64,000 nt of DNA from Candidatus Eiseniibacteriota bacterium (GTDB lineage Bacteria > Eisenbacteria > RBG-16-71-46 > CAZAMP01), in the NCBI GenBank assembly GCA_965224245.1, contig OZ245046.1, positions 4,576,001 to 4,640,000 of the forward strand. The letters are read 5' to 3'. How positions within the stretch are numbered: position 1 is the stretch's first letter; every line of letters begins with the position of its first letter. The notes beneath the pieces are model-generated. The model searched no databases, was not told where the DNA came from, and saw only the letters and a program-made list of their open reading frames with translations. Positions 1 to 10,663 of the stretch are shown piece after piece. Both the position numbers and the translations under genes were made by a program.

Positions 1-330
1 CTCGAGCAGCAACGCGGCCGGATTCTCGCAGCATCCCCCGATCTCGACCGCGAACGTGATCACGCCATCGGCATCCGTCGTCGACGTGTAGACGGTGGGC
101 TGCGTGCCGTCGCATCGCGCCAGGCCGGTGCACGCTCCGTCGAAGATGATGCGCCCGTCCAGGTCCGCCGCCGGCTCACCGGAGGTGTAGTCGATCCGCC
201 AGGTGAGCTCGGTTCCCGACGGCGCGACGCGTATGCACTCGGGGTGCTCGTGGATGATGTAGAAGCCCTCGGCGGCCACGAGCGGCGCGTTCGACGCGAT
301 GAGTGCGAGGAGCATGACCCAGCGTGACAT
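1..330 (-). CDS. Secreted hypothetical protein, N-terminal part (truncated by window edge; absent from the ORF track)
   Basis: Read manually: GGAGA RBS, ATG at 330, open to base 1. MSRWVMLLALIASNAPLVAAEGF... has a signal-peptide-like N-terminus and a Cys-containing mature region. Confidence 0.7.
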   Translation of the reverse strand, partial: MSRWVMLLALIASNAPLVAAEGFYIIHEHPECIRVAPSGTELTWRIDYTSGEPAADLDGRIIFDGACTGLARCDGTQPTVYTSTTDADGVITFAVEIGGCCENPAALLLE

Positions 331-442
331 GGTGTTCTCCCGTGGGTGTGGCGTGCGTCCCGTCGATCGCACGCCCGGGTTACGAGTGATCGCACGCGTG
401 GGGGCCACGGCGAATGACGAGCCCGAGTGGGGGAACGCGGAC

Positions 443-451
443 ATCATACCA
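443..451 (-). promoter_or_regulatory. Extended -10 promoter element (TGGTATGAT) for the gene starting at 330
   Basis: TGn-TAnnnT motif in the intergenic region, oriented toward the gene. Confidence 0.4.
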
Positions 452-477
452 GGACATCTTTACGACGTCGCGTCATT

Positions 478-3400
478 TCAGGCTCCATCGGGGCGCGCCA
501 CGGACTCGGCGCCCGCGCGGAGGGCGTCGTCGAAGGCATCCGCCCCGAGGCGCCCGGCGACCTCGTCCCCGAGGCGCGCGAGACGCGACTCGGACGCGGC
601 ATCGCGCGGCAACGCCATCTCGCGTCGCAGCGCGGATGCGACGCCGAGATGTCGCGCCGCCTCGAGGTCCCGGTCGCGCGCCGCCTCGACCGCGGCCAGC
701 GCTTCGTGACAGAGCGGCATCGTGTAGGCGTCGACGTCGGAGGCGATCTCCAGCGCCTCGTGAGCATCCGCGTGCGCCGCCTCGACGTCGCCCAGCTCCA
801 CGAGCGTGCTCGCCCGGATCGAGAGCGCCAGTGCGCGTCCCCATCGCGACTCGATCTGACCCCAGTAGCCGAGGCCGCGATCGATCGCCTCCAGCGCCGC
901 CCGGGGATCGCCTCGCCGGAGTCGCAGTCGCGCCATCAGCGAGAACGACCACGCCTCCCCCGACTTGTTGCCGCCGTCGCGCCAGAGCGCGAGCGCCTCG
1001 TCGATGAGCGCCTCGACGTGTTCGGGAGCGCCGCCGTCGAGCTCGACCATCGCCTGAAGCGTGCGCGTCCAGCCCAGCAACGTCCGATCCGACAGGCGCC
1101 GGAGCGTGGTCTCGGCCTCGGTCAGGAGCGAGCGAGCGGTTTCCCGGTCGCCGCGCATCGCGTGTGCCCACGCCAGGTTGCCCAGCGCGAACGATGCGCC
1201 CCGCTCGTCGCCGACCTCTCGCCGGAGCGCGAGGCTCCGCTCGTTCGCATCGATCGCCTCGCCGTGTCGGCCCCGGTAGTTCGCGATCCAGCCGAGGTTG
1301 TTCCACGCCACCGCCTGGCCGCGCCGGTCGTCCAGGCGGGCGTTCAAGGCCAGCCCGTCGGCCGCCCACCGCGCCGCGTCGCCGAGCTCGCCGAGCTCGC
1401 AGGCGACCCACGCCAGGTTGTTCAGCACGAGGGCCGACGTGGGCTCGTCTTCCAGGTCCCGCGCGATCCCGGCAGCCTCCTCCAGCACCTCCCGCGCAAA
1501 CCGGTTGCGTCCCTCGTTGTGCGCCATCGTGCCGATCGCGTTCAGCACGCGCGCCCGCGCATGCGTCGGCGCCTCGGCGCCCGGGATGCGAAGGAGCGCC
1601 TCGAGGTGCTTGCGTCCCTCGTGCATCGATCCCCTCACGACCCAGTAGCGCCACAACGCGGCACCGATCGCGAGACCGGTCTCGGCCTCCCCCGCGTCGC
1701 TCGCCCACGCCATCGCCGCCCGGACGTTCGGCATCTCCAGGCCGATCCGATCCAGCCACGTTCCCTGTGAGGGACCGGTCAGCTCCGGCGCCGCTCGCTC
1801 GGCGAGCGCGCGCACCACGCCGGCCAGACGACGCTCCGCGCCGGCGGTCTCACCGGATTCGTCCAGCAGCTCGTGCGCAAACTCCCGCATCGTCCCCAGC
1901 ATCGCGAATCGCGGCTCGGGTCCGTCCACGGTCCGGATCAAGCTGTGGTCGACGAGCGCACCCAGGACGTCCACCGGGTCGGCGTCGACGCCGGCGACCA
2001 CGTCCGCGTCGTCGATGGTGAAGCTCCCGGGGAACACCGCGAGGCGCCGGAACACGGTCTGCTCGTCGGCGTCGAGGAGTCGATGGCTCCACTCGATGGC
2101 GGCCCGGAGCGTCTGGTGGCGGGCGGGCCGATCGCGCGAGCCGCCGCGGAGCACCGAGAGGCGGTGACCGAGACGTTCGAGCAGCGCGTCGGCGGTGAAG
2201 AGTCGGAGCCGCGCCGCGGCGAGCTCGATCGCGAGGGGGATGCCGTCGAGTCGCCTGACGATCCCGACCACGGCGGCGGCGTTGCTCGCGTCCAGCTCGA
2301 AGTGCGGACGAGCCGCCTGGGCGCGATCCACGAAGAGCAATACCGACGGTGACTCCCGGAGCCGATCCGGATCCGGCGCGTCCTCTTCCCGGGGCACCGG
2401 CAGCGGCTCCAGCGGGAACGCGCGCTCGCCGTCGATCGCGAGCAGCACGCGGCTGGTCACGATCAGGTGCAGTCTCGGGCACGCGGCGAGGAGAGCCGCG
2501 AGGTCGGGCGCCCCGGACACCACCTGCTCGAGATTGTCGAGCACGAGGAGCATCCGACGACTTCCGATCTCGTCGATCAGCACCTCCAGGGTCGAACGCA
2601 CGGCGGTCGCGGTCACCGGCGTCGTGCCCCGCGCGCGCTCCAGCTCGTCGGCGATCGTGCCCAGCAGTCGGTCAGGCTCCCGCACCGCGCTCAGCGAGAC
2701 GAACACGCTCGTCTCGAAGCCGGACGCCGCGCGGCGTGCGGCCTCGACGGCCAGTCGCGTCTTGCCGGTGCCGGCGGCCCCGGTCACGGTCACCAGACGG
2801 CCCACCTCGAGCATCGCGAGCAGGCTCTCCAGTGACTCGTCGCGTCCCACGAAGCGGGTCAGGTGAGTGGGCAGCAGGCTCGTGTGGGACGACGGCTCCG
2901 ACAGCAGCGATCGCGCGAAGGCGCCGGCGCTGAACGGCCGGCGATCGGGCGACTTCTCGAGCGCGAGCATCACGGCGCGGGCGACGGCCCGGGAGATGCC
3001 GTCGCGACGCGTGTCCGGCGGGGCCGGGTCGTCGTCGAGAATGGCGCGCAGCGTCGCCGCGTCGTTGTCCCGCTCGAACGGGGAGACACCGGTGAGCATC
3101 TCGTAGGCCACGACGCCGAGCGCCCAGACGTCGGTGCGCGCATCGACGGCCTCGGCCTCGACCTGCTCGGGCGACATGTAAGCGAGCGTGCCCACGCGTG
3201 ACCCGGCCTGCGTACGCTCGCCGCCGCGTACGATCTTGGCGACACCGAAGTCGACGATTCTCGCCTCGTCCCGATCGGTGAACATGATGTTGCCGGGCTT
3301 CACGTCCCGATGGACGATCCCCGCGCGGTGAGCGGCGTCCAGCGCGTCGGCGACCTCGGTCACGACGCGGACCACCGTCGACTCGTCCATCGGACCGCCG

Positions 3401-3915
3401 GCCAGCCGCTCCCGGAGGCTCGGTCCGGCGTAGAACGCCATGACGATGAAGTCGCGTCCGTCGGGGGTGACCCCCACGTCGTAGACGGTCGCGATGCCCG
3501 GATGATCGAGCGAGGACGCCGTCCGCGCCTCGTCCAGGAACCGGCGGACCACGTCGGGCTCGGTGGAGAGATCGTCGGCCAGGACCTTGATCGCCACCGC
3601 CCGTCCCAGACGGGGATCGCGTCCCTCGTAGACCCGTCCCATGCCGCCCCGACCGACCTCACGCACCACCTCGTACGGACCGAGGTGAGTGTCCAGGTCC
3701 CGATCGGTGTCGAGGACGTCGGCCACGACCTCGCCCACCTCGCGATCCAGAATGCCGCCGGTGCTCTCGTGCGCGGACAGGAGCGCGCGGACCTGCCGGC
3801 GACAGCTCTCGTCCGGAAGGCTCGTGGCCAGCCAGGCCTCCCGCGCGCCCGGCGCGATCGTGAGTGCGCGATCGAACCAGTCGAAGACGCTCTCGGTCGA
3901 GGGATCGTCACTCAC
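478..3915 (-). CDS. Ser/Thr protein kinase fused to a STAND/COG3903-type ATPase and TPR repeats
   Basis: Kinase motifs [34 protein letters not shown]; Walker A GAAGTGKT; Walker [27 protein letters not shown]-terminal TPRs. GTG start at 3915 overlaps the sigma factor stop (GTGA). Confidence 0.9.
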   Translation of the reverse strand: MSDDPSTESVFDWFDRALTIAPGAREAWLATSLPDESCRRQVRALLSAHESTGGILDREVGEVVADVLDTDRDLDTHLGPYEVVREVGRGGMGRVYEGRDPRLGRAVAIKVLADDLSTEPDVVRRFLDEARTASSLDHPGIATVYDVGVTPDGRDFIVMAFYAGPSLRERLAGGPMDESTVVRVVTEVADALDAAHRAGIVHRDVKPGNIMFTDRDEARIVDFGVAKIVRGGERTQAGSRVGTLAYMSPEQVEAEAVDARTDVWALGVVAYEMLTGVSPFERDNDAATLRAILDDDPAPPDTRRDGISRAVARAVMLALEKSPDRRPFSAGAFARSLLSEPSSHTSLLPTHLTRFVGRDESLESLLAMLEVGRLVTVTGAAGTGKTRLAVEAARRAASGFETSVFVSLSAVREPDRLLGTIADELERARGTTPVTATAVRSTLEVLIDEIGSRRMLLVLDNLEQVVSGAPDLAALLAACPRLHLIVTSRVLLAIDGERAFPLEPLPVPREEDAPDPDRLRESPSVLLFVDRAQAARPHFELDASNAAAVVGIVRRLDGIPLAIELAAARLRLFTADALLERLGHRLSVLRGGSRDRPARHQTLRAAIEWSHRLLDADEQTVFRRLAVFPGSFTIDDADVVAGVDADPVDVLGALVDHSLIRTVDGPEPRFAMLGTMREFAHELLDESGETAGAERRLAGVVRALAERAAPELTGPSQGTWLDRIGLEMPNVRAAMAWASDAGEAETGLAIGAALWRYWVVRGSMHEGRKHLEALLRIPGAEAPTHARARVLNAIGTMAHNEGRNRFAREVLEEAAGIARDLEDEPTSALVLNNLAWVACELGELGDAARWAADGLALNARLDDRRGQAVAWNNLGWIANYRGRHGEAIDANERSLALRREVGDERGASFALGNLAWAHAMRGDRETARSLLTEAETTLRRLSDRTLLGWTRTLQAMVELDGGAPEHVEALIDEALALWRDGGNKSGEAWSFSLMARLRLRRGDPRAALEAIDRGLGYWGQIESRWGRALALSIRASTLVELGDVEAAHADAHEALEIASDVDAYTMPLCHEALAAVEAARDRDLEAARHLGVASALRREMALPRDAASESRLARLGDEVAGRLGADAFDDALRAGAESVARPDGA

Positions 3916-4517
3916 GGGGACCCTTCCGATCCGGCGGACATCGCCACCTGGAGCCAGGCGCGCGCGCGAACCCAGTCGCGCTGCACGGTTCGTGACGACA
4001 CGTCGAGCGCGCTGGCGATCTCGTCGTCGCTCATCTCGCCGAAGTAACGGCACTCCACGACCGCCCGCAGGCGCGGATCGACGGCGTCGAGCCGGTCGAG
4101 GGCATCGCCGAGCGCGACGACCTCGTCGAGCGTGGAGGGCGCCGGCGCGGCCACGTCGGGCATCGACGTGCGGCGCAGATCGCCCCCCCGCTTCTCGGCC
4201 CGGCGACGGCGGGCGTGATCCACCAGAACCTGCCGCATGGCCCGCGCGGCCACGGCCATGAAGTGGGACCGGCTCTTCCAGTCGACCCGGGCGTTGTCGA
4301 CGAGCTTCAGGTACGCCTCGTGGACGAGCGCCGTCGGGGTGACGGTCGCCGCCGCGAGCTCCCGCCGTGCGTAGCGCGCGGCGAGACGCCGCAGCTCGTC
4401 GTAGACGGCCGGGAGCACCGCGTCGAAGGCCTGCCGGTCCCCGTCACGGGCGGCGACCAGTAGGCGCGTGACGTCGCCTAACTGATTGTGAGGAGATGAG
4501 TTCTGCGATTCGGGCAT
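3912..4517 (-). CDS. ECF sigma-70 factor, TIGR02999/ECF43-like (kinase-associated)
   Basis: DVTRLL, VYDELRRLA, TPTALVHEAYLKL, AARAMRQVLVDHARRRRAEKRGG, EIASALDVSSRTVQRDW. Confidence 0.9.
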   Translation of the reverse strand: MPESQNSSPHNQLGDVTRLLVAARDGDRQAFDAVLPAVYDELRRLAARYARRELAAATVTPTALVHEAYLKLVDNARVDWKSRSHFMAVAARAMRQVLVDHARRRRAEKRGGDLRRTSMPDVAAPAPSTLDEVVALGDALDRLDAVDPRLRAVVECRYFGEMSDDEIASALDVSSRTVQRDWVRARAWLQVAMSAGSEGSP

Positions 4518-4645
4518 TTTTCGGCGATTCCGTGTCGGCGCTGGGGCCGCGACTGCGCAGATCCCGGTCGAGGCGGCGATCGGCCAGTGCGCCGGTCGTC
4601 GGAGATGATCGTCGAAGTCTATCCCACGACGGAGGTTCTGTCGCC

Positions 4646-6331
4646 ATGCAACCCAACCGCCACCACACGCGTCCCCGGGGCGCGCGCCGACTCGCCGTCG
4701 ATGTCGCGACGGCGTTCCTGGTGCTCACGATGGGCTGCGCGTTCGGACGCGTTCAGCATCGATCCGACGCGCTGGCCCCGCTCCTCGACGGTCTGGGCGA
4801 CCACCACGTCGCCGTGACGACCGACGACGCCCTCGCCCAGCGGTTCTTCGATCAAGGTATCGCGCTGACCTACGGGTTCAACCACGCCGAGGCGCTCCGG
4901 TCGTTCCGCGAGGTGGTCCGCCGGGATCCCGGGTGTGCGATGGGCTACTGGGGCATCGCGTTCGTCCTCGGGCCGAACCTGAACCTGCCCATGGAGCCCG
5001 ACGCGGTCCCCGAGGCCTGGGAGGCGTCACGGCGTGCGCTCGAGCTCGCTCCAGGCGCCTCGGAACGCGAAAGGGGCTTCATCGAGGCGCTGGCGGCGCG
5101 CTACGCCCCAGAGCCGGCCTCGGACCGGACGGCGCTGGATCGGGCGTACGCCGACGCGATGGTGCGCCTCGCGGCCCAGCGTCCGGACGACACCGACGCG
5201 CAGTGCCTCGCCGCCGACGCGTTGATGAACCTGATGCCGTGGGACTACTGGACCGACGGCGGCGAGCCGCGAGCCGAGACCCGGGACGTGCTGGCCCGAC
5301 TGGAGCGGGTAATCGAGATGGATCCCGATCATCCCGGGGCGCTGCATCTGTACATCCACGCCGTGGAGGCGGTGCGTCCCGAGCTGGGCGTCGCCGCCGC
5401 TGACCGGCTGGGTGATCTCCTGCCGGGCGCCGGGCATCTCGTGCACATGCCGTCTCACATCTACATCCGCGTCGGCCGCTACCACGACGCCACGGTCGCG
5501 AACCAGGAAGCCGTGGCCACCGACCAGGACTACATCACCGCGTGCAATCGCCAGGGCGTCTACGCGCTGGCCTATGCGCCGCACAACTACCACTTCCTGT
5601 GGGCGACGGCCACGCTGGAGGGCCGGTACGAGGTCGCCGTCGACGCCGCGCGCGAGATGGCCGCCGGCATCGATCCCGAGATGATGCGCGCACCGGGTCT
5701 CTCGACGTTGCAGCACTACTGGATCACGCCGCTGTACGCGTACGTGCGGTTCGGTCGCTGGGACGAGATCCTCGCGACCCCCGAGCCGGACGAGGACCTC
5801 GTCTACCCGCGCGCCGTTCGTCACTACGCGCGGGGCGTCGCTCTCGCGCGGACCGGTGAACCGGCGACGGCGGCCGGTGAGCTCCGGGCGCTGCGCACGC
5901 TGGCCGAGGACCCGCGCATGGACGACGTCACGGTCTGGGACATCAACGCCGCGGGTGACCTCGTCGCGATCGCGATCGAGACGCTGGCCGGCGAGATCGA
6001 CGCCGCCGAGGGACGATCGTCCGACGCCGTCATGCACCTGCGCGTGGCCGCCGCGTTCGAGGACGAGCTGAACTACGACGAGCCGCCGCCGTGGCACCAG
6101 CCGGTCCGACAGGTCCTGGGCGACGTGCTGCTGGCGTCGGGCCGACCCGAGGACGCCGAGGCGGCGTATCTGGAGGACCTCGAGACGTTCCCGGAGAACG
6201 GCTGGTCCCTGCGCGGACTGCAGCGGAGCCTCGAGGCACAGGGGCGCGAGGAGGACGCCGCCGGCGTCGCCACACGCTTCGAGAACGCCTGGAAGTACGC
6301 GGACACCGCGATCGACGCATCCCGGTTCTGA
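4646..6331 (+). CDS. Exported TPR-repeat protein, possible lipoprotein
   Basis: GGAGG RBS, ATG at 4646, hydrophobic leader with Cys; AQRFFDQG..YGFNHAEA, HPGALHLYIH, GHLVHMPSHIY, FPENGWSL motifs of a widespread TPR family. Confidence 0.75.
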   Translation: MQPNRHHTRPRGARRLAVDVATAFLVLTMGCAFGRVQHRSDALAPLLDGLGDHHVAVTTDDALAQRFFDQGIALTYGFNHAEALRSFREVVRRDPGCAMGYWGIAFVLGPNLNLPMEPDAVPEAWEASRRALELAPGASERERGFIEALAARYAPEPASDRTALDRAYADAMVRLAAQRPDDTDAQCLAADALMNLMPWDYWTDGGEPRAETRDVLARLERVIEMDPDHPGALHLYIHAVEAVRPELGVAAADRLGDLLPGAGHLVHMPSHIYIRVGRYHDATVANQEAVATDQDYITACNRQGVYALAYAPHNYHFLWATATLEGRYEVAVDAAREMAAGIDPEMMRAPGLSTLQHYWITPLYAYVRFGRWDEILATPEPDEDLVYPRAVRHYARGVALARTGEPATAAGELRALRTLAEDPRMDDVTVWDINAAGDLVAIAIETLAGEIDAAEGRSSDAVMHLRVAAAFEDELNYDEPPPWHQPVRQVLGDVLLASGRPEDAEAAYLEDLETFPENGWSLRGLQRSLEAQGREEDAAGVATRFENAWKYADTAIDASRF

Positions 6332-6370
6332 TCCGGATCAACCCTTCGTCAAGTCGAGGAGAGACCGACC

Positions 6371-7501
6371 ATGACCACCGCACACCCCACGCCGGAGCCG
6401 ACCGCCGACACCGAGCGCGACCGCTTCGTCGAGAGACTCTTGAACTCCGCCGGCGGCGCGATGGATCTCTTCGCCGCGTACATCGGCGACCGTCTGGGGT
6501 TCTACTGCGTGCTCGCCGAGGACGGACCGGTTCGCGCCGGCGAGCTGGCCGCACGGACCGGCACCCACGAGCGCTACGTGCGCGAGTGGCTCGAACAGCA
6601 GACGATCACCGGCGTGCTCCGCGTCGACGACCCGAGCGCGGCGCCCGAGGCACGACGCTTCCACCTTCCGGCCGGACACGCCGAGGCGCTGACCGACATC
6701 GCGAGCCTCGACTACATCGCGCCGCTCGCGCAGGTCTTCGTGGGCGCGGTCTCGCCGATCGAGCAGGTCGTCAATGCGTACCGGACGGGCGACGGCGTCT
6801 CCTACGAGGCCTACGGCCGGGACATGCGCGAAGGCCAGGCGCGGATGAACCGGGCGCTCTTCCTGCAAGCGCTGGGTCGCGAGTGGCTGCCCTCGATCCC
6901 CGACGTTCACGATCGACTCTCGTCGACACCGCCCGCGCGCATCGCCGACGTCGGCTGCGGCGCCGGCTGGTCGTCGATCGGGATGGCCCGCGCCTATCCC
7001 CAGGTGCGCGTGGACGGCTTCGATCTCGACGCGCCCTCGATCGAGCTGGCCCGGCGCAACCTCGTCGGCGAGCGACGCGACGTCGTGGAGCGCGTGTCGT
7101 TCGAGTGCCGGGACGCCGCCGACGTGCCCGGCGGCTCGTACGACCTCGTGATCGCCCTCGAGTGCGTGCACGACATGACGCATCCGGTGGAGGTGCTCCG
7201 CACGATGCGTCGTCTGGCCGGAGACGGCGGCACGGTGCTGGTCGTCGACGAGCGCGTCGGCGAGACGTTCACCGAGACCGGGAACGACGTCGAGTGGATG
7301 ATGTACGGCTGGAGCATCCTTCACTGCCTTCCCGTGGGGTTGGACGGCCACGCCTGCGCAGGAACCGGGACCGTCATGCGACCCGACACGCTTCGCGGCT
7401 ACGCCCGGGACGCGGGCTTCGCCGACGTCGAGATCCTGCCGATCGAGAACTTCTTCTTCCGCGTGTACCGCCTCGTGCAGGAGGGCGGCCGGGATGCATG
7501 A
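6371..7501 (+). CDS. Class I SAM-dependent methyltransferase with N-terminal winged HTH (Rv2258c-like)
   Basis: IGDRLG, ERYVREWL, SAM motif IADVGCGAGW, ECVHDM. Confidence 0.85.
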   Translation: MTTAHPTPEPTADTERDRFVERLLNSAGGAMDLFAAYIGDRLGFYCVLAEDGPVRAGELAARTGTHERYVREWLEQQTITGVLRVDDPSAAPEARRFHLPAGHAEALTDIASLDYIAPLAQVFVGAVSPIEQVVNAYRTGDGVSYEAYGRDMREGQARMNRALFLQALGREWLPSIPDVHDRLSSTPPARIADVGCGAGWSSIGMARAYPQVRVDGFDLDAPSIELARRNLVGERRDVVERVSFECRDAADVPGGSYDLVIALECVHDMTHPVEVLRTMRRLAGDGGTVLVVDERVGETFTETGNDVEWMMYGWSILHCLPVGLDGHACAGTGTVMRPDTLRGYARDAGFADVEILPIENFFFRVYRLVQEGGRDA

Positions 7502-8516
7502 GCGATCTCTCCTCGCCCCGCGGCACGACGTCCGCGGCGCGCGTCGTCTCGACGGCGCGCGCCGGGGGCTCCGGGCCGCCGCGCTCGCCGTTCTGACGTC
7601 CGGCACGCTGGCGGCCACCGCCGAAGCGTGCCGCCTGCCTCACGAACGGCTCGGGGGTGTGGGCTCACTCGACGCCGGCGCACGGTTCTCGGTCTCCCTG
7701 GAGTCCGAGCACGTCGCGTTCTCGTCGGACGATGTCCACGGTTCGTACGAGTCGATCGCACCGTCGGTGGCCTGGCGGCCGTTCGCCATGTGGACGCTCG
7801 ACGCTCGCGTCCCCTGGATCCACGCGCGGCCCGACGGGGCCGCGGCCGTATCCGCGGTGGGGAATCCGGAGCTCGGCGCCCGCACGCGCGTCTCGCTGGG
7901 CGGGCGCGACCTGTCGGTGGGACTCCGGGTCGAGACGCCCTCGCCGGACGGTCATGCGCTCGTGGCCGACGATCACTGGGAGCTTCTGCCGCATCTCGGC
8001 ACGACGGCCAGCGCCGGCGCGCTGGCGATCACCGCCGACGTGGGCGCGCGGTTCTCGCTCGGGGGCTCCGGCCACGGCTCACACGACACGCCTGCGCCCA
8101 ATGCCGATGGCGACGGCGGGCTGGAGTGGCCGGGCTGGCCGGACCACGATCACGGCGATCACGATCACTCCCACGACCGAGCCTCGGCGCAGCCGGAGCC
8201 CGTCGGTCGCCTGGCGGCCGCCACGGACGCGGCCGGCGATCACGCGCACGAGTCGCTCGTGGTGAACCCGCACGCCGACCAGGAGCTCGTCTGTCGCCTG
8301 GGGCTGACGGCGGGGACGGCGCCGCTCGCGCCGAGCATCCACCTGGACGGCGCGATCGCGATCGGAGACGACCGCCGCCCTCACGCACTCTCGATCGGCC
8401 TGTCCTGCCGGGTCGTGCTCGGCTCCACGACCGTGGTGCCGCACGTCGCGGCGCCGGTGGCCGGGGATCGACCCGACTCCTGGCGGATCGGCATCACGCT
8501 CGTCCCGGCCCGCTGA
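7494..8516 (+). CDS. Exported hypothetical protein with His/Asp-rich insert, possible outer-membrane beta-barrel
   Basis: Signal-peptide-like leader ending ATAEA, alternating beta-strand pattern, DHDHGDHDHSHD tract; overlaps the upstream gene by 8 nt. Confidence 0.55.
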   Translation: MHERSLLAPRHDVRGARRLDGARRGLRAAALAVLTSGTLAATAEACRLPHERLGGVGSLDAGARFSVSLESEHVAFSSDDVHGSYESIAPSVAWRPFAMWTLDARVPWIHARPDGAAAVSAVGNPELGARTRVSLGGRDLSVGLRVETPSPDGHALVADDHWELLPHLGTTASAGALAITADVGARFSLGGSGHGSHDTPAPNADGDGGLEWPGWPDHDHGDHDHSHDRASAQPEPVGRLAAATDAAGDHAHESLVVNPHADQELVCRLGLTAGTAPLAPSIHLDGAIAIGDDRRPHALSIGLSCRVVLGSTTVVPHVAAPVAGDRPDSWRIGITLVPAR

Positions 8517-8530
8517 GCGAGTCGACGCTC

Positions 8531-8569
8531 CGGGGCCGGGGCGGGGCACTCGCCTCCCGCCCCGCCCCG
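8531..8569. terminator. GC-rich hairpin between convergent genes
   Basis: CGGGGCCGGGGCGGGG...CCCGCCCCGCCCCG inverted repeat; no U-tract. Confidence 0.35.
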
Positions 8570-8576
8570 ACCGTGC

Positions 8577-9437
8577 TCACCCCGCCGACGGGTTCTCGAT
8601 TCCGACCCCGACGAGGTTGCCGTACTCGGTCCAGCTGCCGTCGTAGTTCTTGACGTTCTCGAGCCCGATGAGGTGCTTGAGCGCGAACCACGTGTGGCTG
8701 GACCGTTCGCCGATCCGGCAGTACGCGATCGTGGGCCTGGCCGGATCGACGCCCTGCCCCTCCAGGTAGATCGCGCGCAGCTCGTCGGCCGACTTGAACG
8801 TGCCGTCGTCGGCCACCGCGGTGGCCCACGGGACGTTCCGGGCGCCGGGCACGTGGCCGGCTCGCTGGGCGGTCTCGCTCATGCCGGGCGGGGCGATCAC
8901 CTTGCCGGTGAACTCGTCCACGCTCCGCACGTCGACCAGGTTCACGCCGCCCTTCGACGCCTCGATCACCTCGGGCACGAACGCGCGCAGGGCCAGGTTC
9001 GGCTCGCTGGCCGTGTACGTCGTCGGCGTCGGGGTGACGGGATCGGTCGTGAGCTGCTTGTCGTCCTCGGCCAGCCACTTCACGCGGCCGCCGTTCATCA
9101 GGCGCACGTCGGCGTGGCCGTACAGCTCGAACAGCCAGAGCGCGTAGGCCGCGAACCAGTTGTTGTTGTCGCCGTACAGGACGACGGTATCGTCGTTGGA
9201 AATCCCCGAGCGCGCGCACAGCGCCTCGAACTCGGACTTCGAGAGGATGTCCCGGCGCACCTGATCCTGAAGCTGCGTCTCCCAGTTGAAGCCCACCGCG
9301 CCGGGGATGTGGCCGGCGTCGTAGGCCTTCGTGTCCACGTCGACCTCGACCAGCTTCACCTTCGGATCGTTCAGATGCTCGTTGACCCAGTCGGTCGTCA
9401 CCAGCTTCCGGGGGTTCGCGTACTCTGCCATCGTCAT
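8577..9437 (-). CDS. Tandem-domain rhodanese / thiosulfate sulfurtransferase (CysA3/SseA-like)
   Basis: YDAGHIPGA, active-site YCRIGERSSH, NYDGSWTEYGN. Confidence 0.92.
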   Translation of the reverse strand: MTMAEYANPRKLVTTDWVNEHLNDPKVKLVEVDVDTKAYDAGHIPGAVGFNWETQLQDQVRRDILSKSEFEALCARSGISNDDTVVLYGDNNNWFAAYALWLFELYGHADVRLMNGGRVKWLAEDDKQLTTDPVTPTPTTYTASEPNLALRAFVPEVIEASKGGVNLVDVRSVDEFTGKVIAPPGMSETAQRAGHVPGARNVPWATAVADDGTFKSADELRAIYLEGQGVDPARPTIAYCRIGERSSHTWFALKHLIGLENVKNYDGSWTEYGNLVGVGIENPSAG

Positions 9438-9519
9438 CCGCTCCTGGGCTTGGGGTGTGGATCACCCGGATCCGACCGCCCGGGGCGCCGTCGGATCGAT
9501 GATCACTCCGCTCCGAAAA

Positions 9520-10488
9520 CTAGACTGTGGTTCCGTCGGTGAGGTCCGGCAGGTGCTTGGCCATGTTCGCGGTGTACTTGAAGATGTTGTCCGCGAAGAT
9601 CATCACCCCGCAGCCCGGACCTCCGTCTCGTGCTATGACGTGCCTGGCCCCCTCGAAGACCAGGCCACTACACGGACCGGCACAGAGTCCTTCCTGCTGC
9701 GTGAGCTCCAGCGCACGCTCGTACGCCAGGTGATGATCGATCTCGAGGATCTCGTCGATCAGCGACGGATCGTACAGCTTGCACGAATCCAGCTGCGCGA
9801 CGTTGCGAATGCCGGGCACGTCATGCCCTTCAGTCGGCTGAACGGCGATGATCTTGACGTCGGGCTTCTTGCTCTTCAGGAAGCGCCCGAGCCCGGTGAC
9901 GGTCCCGCAGGTCCCGAGCGATACGAAGACGTGCGTGACCTCCCCGTCGGTCTGACGCCAGATCTCGGGGCCGGTCGTGCGGACGTGCGCGTCCACGTTG
10001 CGCTCGTTCTCGTACTGGTTCGGCATCACGAACTCGTTCGGGCGCGCCTTGGCGTGCGTCCTGGCCAGGTTGATCGAGCCGTCTCCCAGGCCCGGTGCAG
10101 GACACAGATCGTCGCGCACGACGTCCAGCTCGGCCCCGGCGATCCGCAAGAGGAGCTTCTTCTCCATGGGGATGCCGTTGGGCACGACGCACCGGATGTG
10201 TGACCCCAGGAGCCGGGTCAGAATGGCCAGGCTGAATCCGGTGTTGCCGGACGTCGGCTCCACGATGCCGCGGGTGGCGTCGATCATGCCCGCGTCGCGG
10301 AGCTGTCGCAGCATCTCCCACGCCGCGCGGTCCTTGACCGATCCCAGCGGGTTGTACCACTCGAGCTTGGCGTAGAGCGTGAAGTCGGGAGAGGGGACGA
10401 GGTGGTTCAGGCGAACCGCTGGAGACGGATTCTCCTCGTCGGGTAGGAGCTCGAGGACGCTGTCGTAAACACGCTTCCGGTGGTCCAT
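9520..10488 (-). CDS. PLP-dependent cysteine synthase family protein (CysM/CysK-like)
   Basis: KLEWYNPLGSVKDR (PLP lysine), EPTSGNTG, NQYEN, SLGTCGT; start placed at MDHRKR. Confidence 0.88.
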   Translation of the reverse strand: MDHRKRVYDSVLELLPDEENPSPAVRLNHLVPSPDFTLYAKLEWYNPLGSVKDRAAWEMLRQLRDAGMIDATRGIVEPTSGNTGFSLAILTRLLGSHIRCVVPNGIPMEKKLLLRIAGAELDVVRDDLCPAPGLGDGSINLARTHAKARPNEFVMPNQYENERNVDAHVRTTGPEIWRQTDGEVTHVFVSLGTCGTVTGLGRFLKSKKPDVKIIAVQPTEGHDVPGIRNVAQLDSCKLYDPSLIDEILEIDHHLAYERALELTQQEGLCAGPCSGLVFEGARHVIARDGGPGCGVMIFADNIFKYTANMAKHLPDLTDGTTV

Positions 10489-10663
10489 CGCGTCGCCGCC
10501 GAATCCCCGCATGGAGGCGGGATCTCACGCCGCTTCCCGGCTTGCATCTGCTCGTTCGTGAATCTACACATACACCACTAGGATGCCTCACCGGCGGGGT
10601 TCGCCGCAACCCGACCTCCGGCAACCACACCGATCTCGAATGCCCCGCGGGTCTCGGCGAACG

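Noticed and set aside
10489-10663. SAM or other riboswitch upstream of the cysteine synthase gene
   Set aside because: No recognisable SAM-I/II core motifs or terminator.
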